A stretch of 57,849 nucleotides of DNA, counting the filler, from Catajapyx aquilonaris (Eukaryota), in the NCBI GenBank assembly GCA_000934665.2. It is 4 parts of 4 records of this genome, joined end to end, with 100 filler letters (N's around TTAATTAATTAA, not from the genome) between each part and the next. Parts side by side here need not be neighbours in the genome. Positions count along the whole stretch, not along the records: positions 14,480 to 28,875 come from KZ539734.1; positions 28,976 to 43,365 come from JYFJ02007791.1; 2 more parts are not named here. One strand, written 5' to 3'. Position numbers and translations under genes: made by a program. Shown in pieces: positions 24,939 through 35,600 of this stretch (position 1 is its first letter; every line of letters starts with the position of its first letter). The notes under the pieces were generated by a model, which worked only from the letters and a program-made list of their open reading frames with translations, was not told the DNA's origin and searched no databases.

Positions 24939-25007
24939 TAAACATTGCTTTAGTGCAACACATTTTTGTATGGAGGCTTACCACCAACCGTCTCGAAAAC
25001 CACTCTT

Positions 25008-25110
25008 TATGTGAGGTGTGAGAATATCACCAGTGACTTGCCCAACACTGTGGGCCATGAATAACATCATAACACCAACTGTATATTTTGTTATGTAGTT
25101 TTAAAAAGGA
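25008..25110 (+). pseudogene. Decayed zinc-finger exon remnant (pseudo-exon B)
   Basis: From 25017 reads CENITSDLPNTVGHE*HHNTNCIFCYVVL, which aligns to ZF-9 CGRIMSDSSNMSKHKKMHTGETRCPVCQVVF (shared I-x-SD-xx-N-xxx-H-xxx-H...T-x-CxxC-x-VV). Stop at 25062. Confidence 0.55.
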
Positions 25111-25888
25111 TATTACTTTTTCCAAGGTTGTGTGAAGTGCTTTGTCATGTTGATGTGGCGCAAGTTAAATTATGTGGCTGTAAATGAGGTGTCTCAATAG
25201 AAATTAAAAGCATATATATCAAGTGGCTTTTTGGAGGATTATTATGGTATACAGCTCTCCAGATGTCTCTTTCACCCTACCCCCACCCATATCTTCCTGC
25301 AGCACTGATTGAATTATTTATTGAAAGTGTCACATGAGTAGTACTTGCGAATATGGGACCAATAGTATCAGAGAAAATAGGAAAATACCCAATTATGTAT
25401 ATTTATGCAAAATATGTAGGTTTATATTCAGAGGTTTTCACCATACTTGTACATTCTTGATACAATTAATAACCCTAAGTACACTTTCAATTGACCTATT
25501 GAGAGATGACTGTACATAATGAATAGGCCCTTTTTCTAGTAAACAGCTATCATTAAAAATGGCAATTTATGAAAATATTATAAATTACCCGGTGTGTTGG
25601 CTTATACTGAACTGCACGAGCAGTTTAATTTGAAAATTAAAGCAGAATGTTGCACCAATCCTATTATTATTTGTAATAAGTATGATCTTTTAAATATTGA
25701 TTATTTTCAGCTTCAAACAAGAAATTAACAAATTCATAATTATGCCATGGATAACTGAACTTACAGAATGGTTTGCCAAAGTGCGATATAAGTTCTTGAA
25801 GGAGCAGGAGGGTTAAAATGACTGTTTAAACTTTAAAGTATACCGAGTTGAGTTTACAGCTAAGTGAGATATTTTTTCTTGTCATCAG

Positions 25889-26139
25889 GTTTCTGGGATA
25901 TCTCTCAAGACTTCATATTGGCAAGCACAGCACGAAACTGTCAACGATCTCAGCGCAAAAAAAAGCCAGAGATATTCGAATGTGATCAGTGTGGAAAAGT
26001 AATGACCTGTTCTAGTAATTTGAAGAAACATATGAAAGTACACACAGGTGAAACGACATGCCACATATGTGGCTTTGTTTATTGTCGGGTCCCTGTACTT
26101 AAGGATCACTTGATGAAGATGCATGGAGTGACATATTAG
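25889..26139 (+). CDS. Alternative 3'-terminal exon ZF-11, double C2H2
   Basis: GCTAAGT (25859), TTTTTTCTTGTCATCAG|GT, phase 1. Encodes FECDQCGKVMTCSSNLKKHMKVHTGETTCHICGFVYCRVPVLKDHLMKMH. Confidence 0.9.
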
Positions 26140-27035
26140 TGAAGTTTATTACATGAAGTTTGTTCCGTACCTTAGCTACTCTCACGTAACAGTTACCATT
26201 GGCATAAAAACAAGGATTTCATTCCTATGACTACCATGCAAAAATTATTGCATGCTTTACATGTGTGAACAATTGCTTATAGGCTGGAATGAAATTTGAA
26301 TGTGAGCAATTCTAGATCTGGAAACATGTTTGATGGCTGCTGCATTATTACTATTTTTGTCGGGAGTCCCAGGCACATCTAAGCAGTACATAGGTGGGAA
26401 TTTTTGGGAAGTGGTGTTTACCAAGGGCCATATGTTTGGCTTTTTACTTATCCAAGGTGGGTACACATACACACACTGATCCAATGAAAATACTTTGCCA
26501 TAGTAAAGCTGTCTAGTTGACCAGGTGCAGTTGTCATGTTATGAATGCACAAGGTACTTGAATCTTGGGAATTTTCCTATGCATAACAAAGATCTTCATC
26601 TGATTGACCTGGCTGGCTATAACTATCCCAAAATGGTGAGAGGGTGAGCCTGGACTGCTTTGTATTTTGGGCCGAATTGCATGTAGTGTCACTGTGTCAG
26701 GCAATCAATTGTGACAATTTCCATGGCAAAATGAGGCCAGCTTTCCTATTAGAATGTAGGTGATGCTGAGTCAGAAAATATGATCTTCTTATACACACTG
26801 GATTATAGATTAGAAGTGAGTGGAAAGCGCTGGAAAGCCATGTACTGTGGAAGAATAGGTGGGCAAATGACTCTTGCACAGAGTGTCTAGCTTCTCAAGT
26901 AGCACCTTCTTTTCTTGCATCAAAATTGTAATGTTATGGAGAGGCAGTGGTACTCAGAGGGGCACAATGATTGGCAGTCTATGAGTTAACTTAGGTAAAT
27001 GTTAAGCTAAGGAGACCTTTTTCTTTCTTTATCAG

Positions 27036-27280
27036 GTCTTGGGGACTTGACCCTTCAGGACTGCCTAGTGGAAAACTTCCCTCAAGGTTCCCAATATTCA
27101 TCTATTAAAAAGTCATACAGGTGTGATGTGTGTGGCAGGCTTATGAGTGATGCTAGCAACTTGAGCAAGCATAGAAAGATGCACACTGGTGAAACAACAT
27201 GTCAGATATGCAATGCAGTATTTTGCAGAACAAATTATCTCAAAGTGCACATGTTACGAGTACATGGGCAACGCCTATGA
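27036..27280 (+). CDS. Alternative 3'-terminal exon ZF-12, double C2H2
   Basis: GCTAAGG (27006), CCTTTTTCTTTCTTTATCAG|GT, phase 1. Encodes YRCDVCGRLMSDASNLSKHRKMHTGETTCQICNAVFCRTNYLKVHMLRVH. Confidence 0.9.
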
Positions 27281-27871
27281 ATTCACAAAGCCACTTTTGA
27301 TAACACCAGCCCCCTGACACTCCTATTCTAGCCTTATGGACACCCCTGTGCGCTTGGTCCTTCCCACTTGTAGGGAGTGGGGTTGCCGACTTGGAGCTGA
27401 CTACATTAGCCAAGCCCTGACGGACGTTTCTGGAATTAGTAGAAACATGATGGTATTGATCACGGCATCGACCGGCATCATGATTCACATTATGAGAGCC
27501 AGACAGGTCTTACTATCCACGCCTCCATCGATGAAATCGTGCTTCTACTAATTTTATAAACGTCTGTCAGGAGCTTGGTTTCTCTAGCAACTCCTTGTCA
27601 CAACACCCCTATTTGTAGGTGTTGAGTGATATTGGCACATGAGAAGATGGGGGGACTCCCCAAACCTTAGTATTATAAGACCATGGTTAACATTATCAGG
27701 AACGACAACTTATGTTCCCTGTACATGTTATAGAGCCTTTCACTTCCATCTTTGCAACAAGTTGTGCTATGCTTCTTTAGAGCCCTTCTGATGAGGAACC
27801 AAATATTTAGGCTGTGAATACAGCTACGGACCAACACAATAAAATTTAAGACTTTTTTTTTCCTTTGTCAG

Positions 27872-28149
27872 GTAACCGAAGCTGTAGTCTTCCAGGAAGC
27901 CATTCTTTTAGTGCGGTAGGGAACCCTTTGCATCATTTTGATTTGTCAGCTAATTCAGATGTGTCTGAATTGTCTCAAGCCAAGTGGTTTACTTGTGATG
28001 TGTGTGGAAAAGTACTGAAGCACAGAAGCACTTTGAGGCAGCATAAGAAAGTTCACACAGGGGAAACACAGTGCCCTCATTGTGGCATGGTTCTATGTAG
28101 GATTAATTCGCTCAAGGATCATATTAATGCAGTGCATAAGAAAAAGTAG
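27872..28149 (+). CDS. Alternative 3'-terminal exon ZF-13, double C2H2
   Basis: Acceptor CTTTTTTTTTCCTTTGTCAG|GT, phase 1. Encodes FTCDVCGKVLKHRSTLRQHKKVHTGETQCPHCGMVLCRINSLKDHINAVH. AATAAA at 28677. Confidence 0.9.
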
Positions 28150-28875
28150 ATGGAGTCACACTGTGTATGTATATGTGCAATATGACAGGAGCAGTTCCAT
28201 GCAGAGCATGTAAAGTATGAATGCTCGAAGCACATTTTTTTTCTACAGTTTCAGTCTGTCCCCAAGCCAGTTGTTTTAGAGAAAAATAAGGAATCAGTTC
28301 ATTTATTACGTAAGTTGAAGAGTACATTTTCAATTATTGCAAAGGGTGTGATGGGATCATCAAAACCATCGTATAATCTTATTGTTGAAGATTTCTCTGA
28401 AACAACTTGGTTGTTCCCAGTGATCTTATATAAATGAAGAATTTTATATTTTGAACACCATATTGATGAAAACACATGATATCTTGTGTTAGTGGAATTT
28501 TATCAATACATCTTTAAATGGTTTAGAGTTTTTGCCCATATTTCATATTATATTACATTTTGAAGAGAGATTGTGAAATTGATAAACACTTGGTTCACTA
28601 GCTTCTGTTTGTTCTGCTGCAGGTTAATTTTGTAATACACAGGCATCTGAGTTATGTAATGAGGTTTTTCATGTAAAATAAATGCATCAATGATTTCAAA
28701 TGATCTTGGAATTTGAGTCATTGCAAAGTTAATTTGAATTACTAACTTTGCGTTTCAGCATTATGGCAAACTTACATTGTTGTCCGCTGCAAGGGAAATT
28801 AATGGTGTAGAAAAGCTGAGAGACAGAACAGCACTACACACCGAATAACCCCTCTCTCTCTCTCTCTCTCTCTCT

Positions 28876-28975
28876 NNNNNNNNNNNNNNNNNNNNNNNNN
28901 NNNNNNNNNNNNNNNNNNNTTAATTAATTAANNNNNNNNNNNNNNNNNNNNNNNNNNNNNNNNNNNNNNNNNNNN
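28876..28975. other. Artificial contig-joining spacer
   Basis: N44-TTAATTAATTAA-N44. Confidence 0.95.
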
Positions 28976-29393
28976 AAAATCGGTCACGTGGTTTATGGAC
29001 GACCCCTTAAGGGTTAGCTTCGAAACCCTTTTGAGGATTAAGCTTGCTGGGAAGTGTGGCATTTTGGTTGTGGTGGGGCGCACGGAGCCTTGAGTGACCC
29101 ACGCATATGCCTGGGTCACACAAGGCTCCGTGGTGGGGTGGTGATGGGAAATCCATGAACTAGGTACCTAAACTGTCCATCCATTCCTTGGTTTTCCGAA
29201 TATTTTTGCACTTATTCCTGACATTTTCCCGGCATTTTGTCATTTTCCTTGAAATCCCGACTTTTTCAAGGTCGGGAATAAGCAAATTCGAATTCCCGAC
29301 ATTCTTATGGGTTTCCCGACAGCATGGGAACCCTGAATCCATGTAAACCATTTCTACGGACCTGAAAATATAATTATTAACGCCCATATTTAC

Positions 29394-29621
29394 CTGTCTC
29401 GTCTTTTAATTCACAGATAAAGTTCAATTCAGTGTTGCACTTCTCGTGGTTCAATTTCCCGTTTTCCTCTAGTAGTTCTGTGCACTTATCGTCAGCAGAG
29501 TTGGTGTCACCTGGTTTCCACGTGAGATAATCCTCATACACTATAGTACCATCACTCCATTTATATTTGATTGGCTTCTCCCGAACAATGAGTCCAATCC
29601 ACATGTGTAGATACAAATGCT
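29394..29621 (-). CDS. Multi-CTLD (C-type lectin-like) gene, exon B5 (C-terminal half of CTLD5)
   Basis: TTTTCAG| acceptor, |GTAAAT donor, 228 nt, phase 1-1. Encodes MWIGL...WSDG...WKPGDTN...DKCTEL...LNHEKCNTELNFICE. Confidence 0.9.
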
Positions 29622-29984
29622 CTGAAAATTGAAATATGAAATTCAACGGAATGTATTGAACACCAGAAGAACATGTTCAAAAATCAAAGTGCTGTAATAT
29701 AGAATCTTCTCTAATAGACAGTTTTCTGACACATCAATGAGAGTTACATCAGAAAAAATATTGCACAAAATTACATTCCATACAAGATAATGCAATCAAC
29801 CTTTGTGATTTTGTTAGTTCAAGTTTTAATATATTCGCTAATTATTGACTTTTTGTCTCTACGTTAGGGTCTATGTCCATGCAAATGGATTCAACTGTAT
29901 CACCTGGAAAACGGCCCAGGTTAATTACAGTAAATTTTTAATAGATTGAAGTAGTACTTAATTCTTTGTCTAAGAATGACTTAC

Positions 29985-30143
29985 TTGCTAGTACAGACTG
30001 CTCATCTTCGTCATTGAAGCTGACCAAATCTGCACTTTTATTTAGCACGCAATAATTCCTAGCTTCTGTCCAGTTGGCCGGGAACGTCGAGAAGTAGTAG
30101 CAACTGGATCCATTATTCTTCATCCAGTCAGTAGGACATTCTC
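29985..30143 (-). CDS. Multi-CTLD gene, exon A5 (N-terminal half of CTLD5)
   Basis: TGTTTAG| acceptor, |GTAAGT donor, 159 nt. Encodes ECPTDWMKNNGSSCYYFSTFPANWTEARNYCVLNKSADLVSFNDEDEQ. Confidence 0.9.
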
Positions 30144-30572
30144 CTAAACAAGATTGGCAAATCACGTGAGAGTGATTAGAGTACACTTTTTCATGTTTAC
30201 AGCTTTTGGTCCCAACGTCAGTCAATGGACTGAGAGGGGGGAAAGGGTCATCTGGGGGTGGGGGTTGTGGGGGAAGGAAGCAGCCACAGGGAAGGGGAGG
30301 ATAGAGCGAACCCGGAACCCGAAAATTGAAAAAAAGGATTGTAGCGTGGCACTGTCTGTCTGTCTTCTCTGGGGGAAATGGGCGGTCGGGGGGGATGGGG
30401 TGGTGGGGAGAGGGGGCAACCAGGGGGCTCGAAAAAAGTCTTACAGCACGGATCTGTCAGTCTGATACCTGTCCACAGGCAGACAGACAGAGTCGTTCTA
30501 TAAGAATTTTGTCTTTGAAAATGTCTGAAATGGAACCAATCCATGTCAACCATTTCTACTGACTAGAAAATA

Positions 30573-31320
30573 CAGCGTGGGGCAAAAGTCATGAGCTGAA
30601 TTAAAATGACGCAGCATGGCGTAAATAACAAACAGTTCTATTTAAAAAAAATTACACTACACAGAGAAAGATATGCCATTTATTGATCAAGGTCCAAAAA
30701 AGTCCCTTCTTGAAAACCACACCAGATAAATGTCCACCTTTGCGGGCAACACATTACTCCTCCAAGAGCGGGACGAAGCCCTTCAAACGCGCCCCAGCAT
30801 GTCCAGGGGAATGTTTCTCACGGCATGTCTTATCTGATGCTTAAGATCAGCCAATGACAGAGGACGTGTGGCGAACACCAAACTCTTCAGGTACCCCATA
30901 AGAAGAAGTCGGGGGTGGTCGAATCCGGTGACTGCAGCTGCCATGGAATGTCCCCAAATCTCGAAATGACCCGCCCAGGAAACATTTGACTTTTAATTTG
31001 TTTGGTGTTCGCCACATGCCCTCAGTCATTGGCTGATCAGATATGACCAGATTGAGGATAAGATAAGACACGCCGTGTGAAACATTCCATTGGATATGAT
31101 GAAGCGCGTTATGAAGGGTTTTTACGGCGCTTTGGGGAATAATGTGTTGCCCGCAAAGGTGGACATCTATCCGGTGTTGTTTTCAAAAAGGGACTTTTTT
31201 GGACCTCGACCCATAAATGGCATATCTTTCTCTCTTTAGTAATTTTTTTTCAATATAATTGTTCGTTACTTACCCCATGCTGCGTCTCTTTAATCCGCCC
31301 ATGACTTTTGCCCCACCCTG
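30573..31320. mobile_element. Tc1/mariner-derived foldback MITE in a CTLD intron (copy 1)
   Basis: CAGCGTGGGGCAAAAGTCATG mirrors CATGACTTTTGCCCCACCCTG, inserted at the TA of GAAAATATAATT (empty in paralogous introns). Long inverted arms carry transposase C-terminal remnants. Confidence 0.85.
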
Positions 31321-31345
31321 TGTAATTATTAACACCCATATTTAC

Positions 31346-31573
31346 CTGTCTGGTCTTTTAATTCACAGATAAAGTTCAATTCATTGTTGCACTTCTTGTG
31401 GTTCAATTTCCCGTTTTCCTCTAGTAGTTCTGTGCACTTATCGTCAGCAGAGTTGGTGTCACCTGGTTTCCACGCGAGATAATCCTCATACACTATAGTA
31501 CCATCACTCCATTTATATTTGATTGGCTTCTCCCGAACAATGAGTCCAATCCACATGTGTAAATACAAATGCT
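31346..31573 (-). CDS. Multi-CTLD gene, exon B4
   Basis: 228 nt, same splice sites and WIGL/WSDG/FICE motifs as B5. Confidence 0.9.
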
Positions 31574-31928
31574 CTGAAAATTGAAATATGAAATTCAACG
31601 GAATGTATAGAACACCAGAAGCACATGTTCAAAAATCAAAGTGCTGTAATGTAGAATCTTCTCTAATAGACAGTTTTCTGAAACATCAATGAGAGTTACA
31701 TCAGAATAAATATTGGACAAAATTACATTCCATACAAGATAATGCAATCAACCTTTGTGACTTTGTTAGTTCAAGTTTTAATATATTCGCTAATTATTGA
31801 CTTTTTGTCTCTACGTATGTCCATGCAAATGGATTCAACTGTATCACCTGAAAAACGGTCCAGGTTAATTACAGTAATTTTTTAATAGATTGAAGTAGTA
31901 CTTAATTCTTTGTCTAAGAATGACTTAC

Positions 31929-32084
31929 TTGCTAGTTTAGACTGCTCATCTTCGTCACTGAAGCTGACCAAATCTGCACTTTTATTTAGCACGCAATAAT
32001 TCCTAGCTTCTGTCCAGTTGGCCGGGAACGTCGAGAAGTAGTAGCAACTGGATCCATTCTTCATAGAGTCAGTCGGACATTCTC
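31929..32084 (-). CDS. Multi-CTLD gene, exon A4
   Basis: 156 nt, AG/GTAAGT sites. Encodes ECPTDSMKNGSSCYYF... (conserved W replaced by S). Confidence 0.85.
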
Positions 32085-32232
32085 CTAAACAAGATTGGCA
32101 AATCACGTGAGAGTGATTAGAGTACACTTTTTCATGTTTATTGCTTTTGGTCCCAACGTCAGTCAAGGGACTGGGAGGGGGGAAAGGGTCATCTGGTGGA
32201 GGGGGTGGTGGGGGAAGAAAGTAGCCATGGGG

Positions 32233-32554
32233 GGAGAAGGAGTGGCACCACGATAACGTGCGCGCCCACGGATGTTAAGGTCCGGGTTCGATCCCAGCCC
32301 GGGAACACCCCCTTCCTCTCATGCAGAGTTCAGGGTCACCTCTGGCTTTGTCTCGGGTGGTATTTCCTACAGTCTAAACCACCCGGGGGAGCTCACTAAA
32401 AGCGGCCAGACGTCAGATGCACTGCACTTGCACATCCCCTCCTGTCGTCCTGCCCGTGGGCCCGGGCGCTTCAATAATAGGATTCCCAGAATTGTACACC
32501 ATCACAATAAAGGTCTGGCAAAAAACCCCGGTCGGGTTAGCCGAATACCCAATC

Positions 32555-32623
<69 letters not shown>
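32233..32623 (+). mobile_element. tRNA-derived SINE with (AAT)n tail and 14-bp TSD
   Basis: GTGGCACCACG A-box-like, GGTTCGATCCC B box (32285), (AAT)~23 tail. AAGTAGCCATGGGG is duplicated at 32219 and 32624 and is single-copy in paralogous introns. Confidence 0.9.
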
Positions 32624-32625
<2 letters not shown>

Positions 32626-32648
32626 GTAGCCATGGGGAAGGGGAGGAT

Positions 32649-35600
32649 TAGGCGAGCGGTCACGGAAGGAAAAGACGCTTATTAAGGGTTTAGTGACCCC
32701 TTCGGGTATAACAAGCAAATGACCTGCTTTTTTGGAAAGTGCATATCGTGACTGCAGGGTACACAAAAGAATTTTGATGCCGGACCCCGGGAAGTGCCCG
32801 AAATGACGTCATCAAGATGGCCGAAATTGAACATTTCTAGGGAGATAGAAATGAAATCCTGGAGCCCCCGGTACTCGTTCCGACAGCGGATTTTGGCTGC
32901 CCACTTGTTAAGAAGTACCTAGGCGATAATTACAGAACCCTACTGCTTCCTCAGGTATAAGTAAGAGGTCATATAACTGACAAATACGCCAAGCAACTTA
33001 CCAAACGTCAGAGAACATTTCGCTTCAGTCACGTTTTACAGCTCCCCCTTGAGGTATAGCACAAAATACTTCCTGTAGACATTGTAACTGGCTTTATGCT
33101 AGACATTATAGCATTTATTAGAAGTACAACGGTTGAAAATTGTACACAGGAGAGCAGTATTTTTGAGCGATTGCGCGAGTTCGGGAGTAGGTGGTGCATG
33201 GTGCATGTAGTACGGCAGATAAGTGAAATATTTGGAAGAATTGCGCCTTTAATGAGAGAAGCATGAAACTTGGCACACTTGTAGACAACACCCTAATGGG
33301 CGTTTTTGGAAGGGCGGCCATCTCAGATCTCAGATTCTTCCTGTAATTAAATTGGCAGCCATTTTTCAAAATGGCAACTAGGTGTTATGCAGACTTCTTA
33401 TTTTTTGTAGTTGTTCATGTCCAATCACTAACTTGCGGTCGTGCGATGACTATTAGAAGTTAAAAGTACTTTAGAAGTAAAAAATAAAGCATATATAGTA
33501 TATTATAATAAAAATCATATTCATAATTTATAGCATACTAGGCCTACCGAATTCCATTGTTGTAAAATTTTGTGGCATCATTCGCAGCCTTTTCCCAATG
33601 GCCACAGTGCCATCAGTGTAATGAATGAATAAATATCATTTTATTGGGGTAGTCGAGTGAAGAAAATTAAAATCATTCACAATTATTGAGAGTTGTTTAT
33701 TCGATGCGCATGCAGTGTCTTGGATTACCAATTTTTATTTTATTGTTCATTATTAAATAAATATTGATGCTATCCTTCAAACCCATTCATTGTAATAACC
33801 ACCCCTCTCATCCTAAGTGTACATCCCTCATCCTTCCAGCCACATGATATGAGTTCTCTGCAAAGCCTTCCAGGTGTCCTTTGCAGTCCGTCTGCCTCTT
33901 GCTCCATAAAAAGAGACAATCTCGCACCCAGTTATGGCGTGAAACATCGGGAATGTATTACAACCACCAGGACCCAAATCTCTTGATCATTCATCAAGTC
34001 ATCAGCGGCAAAAAGAACAAATAGTTCTTCCCAACTCCAAATGCAATACAAGGTAGTTCTGCCATGCTTATTGGAATGACTGATCACTATTTTATTGACT
34101 CTACATTGAATCACAGACACGTAATGGAGATATGGATATTTATTTAGTATCACAGTTTAATCAAACGTTTCCTCCAGTTCTGTCAAATCTAGTGACAGAT
34201 CCACGAAGAACCAGAACAAAGCTAGATTTATTGATATGCCTCTAATAACTCACACCGGAAAAAACATACTCGACGCTGCTGCAATTTCCATTATGCTGCG
34301 ACAAGGATTTGCAAAAACCAACGAAGATTCCGCCAGTACTGTGTTCATATACCGAACATCAAATCTCAGCCTTAATATTACAGTATATAACACGGCTAGA
34401 TATAATTTGTAATGCCTGTAAAGTACTATGGACTTAATTTGAATTTGATGGGAAGAATTTCTCGTTCTTTGCTGCTGATGGGTTATCAAGAGATTTGGGT
34501 CCTGGTGGTTGTAATACCTTCCCGATGTTTCACGCAATAACTGGGTGCGAGATTGTCTCTTTTTATGGAGGAAGAGGCAGAATGACTGCATGGGAAACCT
34601 GGAATGCTTACGGCGTCACCGAGGCTTTTTGGCTCATAGCCTCATAGGCTTAATAAACTAGAGAGAAATGCTGAAGCCACTGCACTGCCACTGGAGAAAA
34701 CTGCGGTTTTACTCGATGACCGTTATAGCAGCGACGAATAATATCTTAATTATGCAAGAAAATGCATATCGGCGGCCGGCGATCAAAACCTCGTAACTCA
34801 ATTTTTGCGCGAAAATGGACTTACGTCTCCTCGTAAGTCCCCATTGCACAACTTCGCAACGGTGTACATGAATTCAACATCATCCTCATGAAAGGTAAGG
34901 TTTATGTTACGCTATACTGTAGGAATTGTTAGCATGAACAGAAAACATGATTTTACAAAATGTTTTTTGTCCCTCCAGTAAAATTTGGTCTTGAGGAGTT
35001 ACGAGGTTTTGACCGCCGGCCGATGATATTAAGTTTGAGAGGTAGAGCAATATAATTGACAATATACCTCTCCACGCAATATGGACTCATTCAGTGCTCA
35101 TATAAAGAGAGATGTCTACCCAGCTGGTTGCTACACTAGTCTCAAAACCCCAGCTTCCATCGCCACATGATTCGGGTGGAAGAAGGATGAAGATGGATAG
35201 AAAATATCGTGGATACAGCTATGAGAGGCTTTGCAGAGAACTCATATCATGTGGCTGGAAGCATGAAGGATGCACACTTGAGGATGGGAGGGGTGGTTAT
35301 TACAATTAATGGGTTTGAGGGATAGCATCAATATTTATTTAATAATGAACAATAAAATAAAAATTGGTAATCCAAGACACTGCATGCGCATCGAATAAAC
35401 AACTCTCAATAATTGTGAATGATTTTATTTTTCTTCACTCGACTTCCCCAATAAAATGATATTTATTTATGTATTTAACTTATTTATGTATTTATTTACT
35501 TATTTATTGATTTATTCATTTCACCGATGGCACAGTGGCCATTGGGAAAAGGCTGCGAATGATAGCCCAAAATTTTACAATAAAATTAGATAGGCCTAGT

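Noticed and set aside
26537..26600. Possible extra decayed finger CYECTRYLNLGNFPMHNKDLH
   Set aside because: Spacing is x11, there is no HTGET linker or second finger, and no phase-1 acceptor. Could be chance; an HMM search would decide.
15914..28149. Reading the ZF ORFs as 13 independent small genes or as exons of one poly-ZF protein
   Set aside because: Most ORF-track starts are TTG/GTG or lie in pyrimidine tracts, homology begins exactly at the acceptor, and every unit ends in a stop.
28100..29700. Functional linkage between the ZF array and the lectin gene
   Set aside because: They are separated by a synthetic spacer, so the adjacency is most likely an assembly artefact.
32413..32766. 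Poly-Leu and poly-Asn ORFs
   Set aside because: They are translations of the (AAT)n SINE tail.
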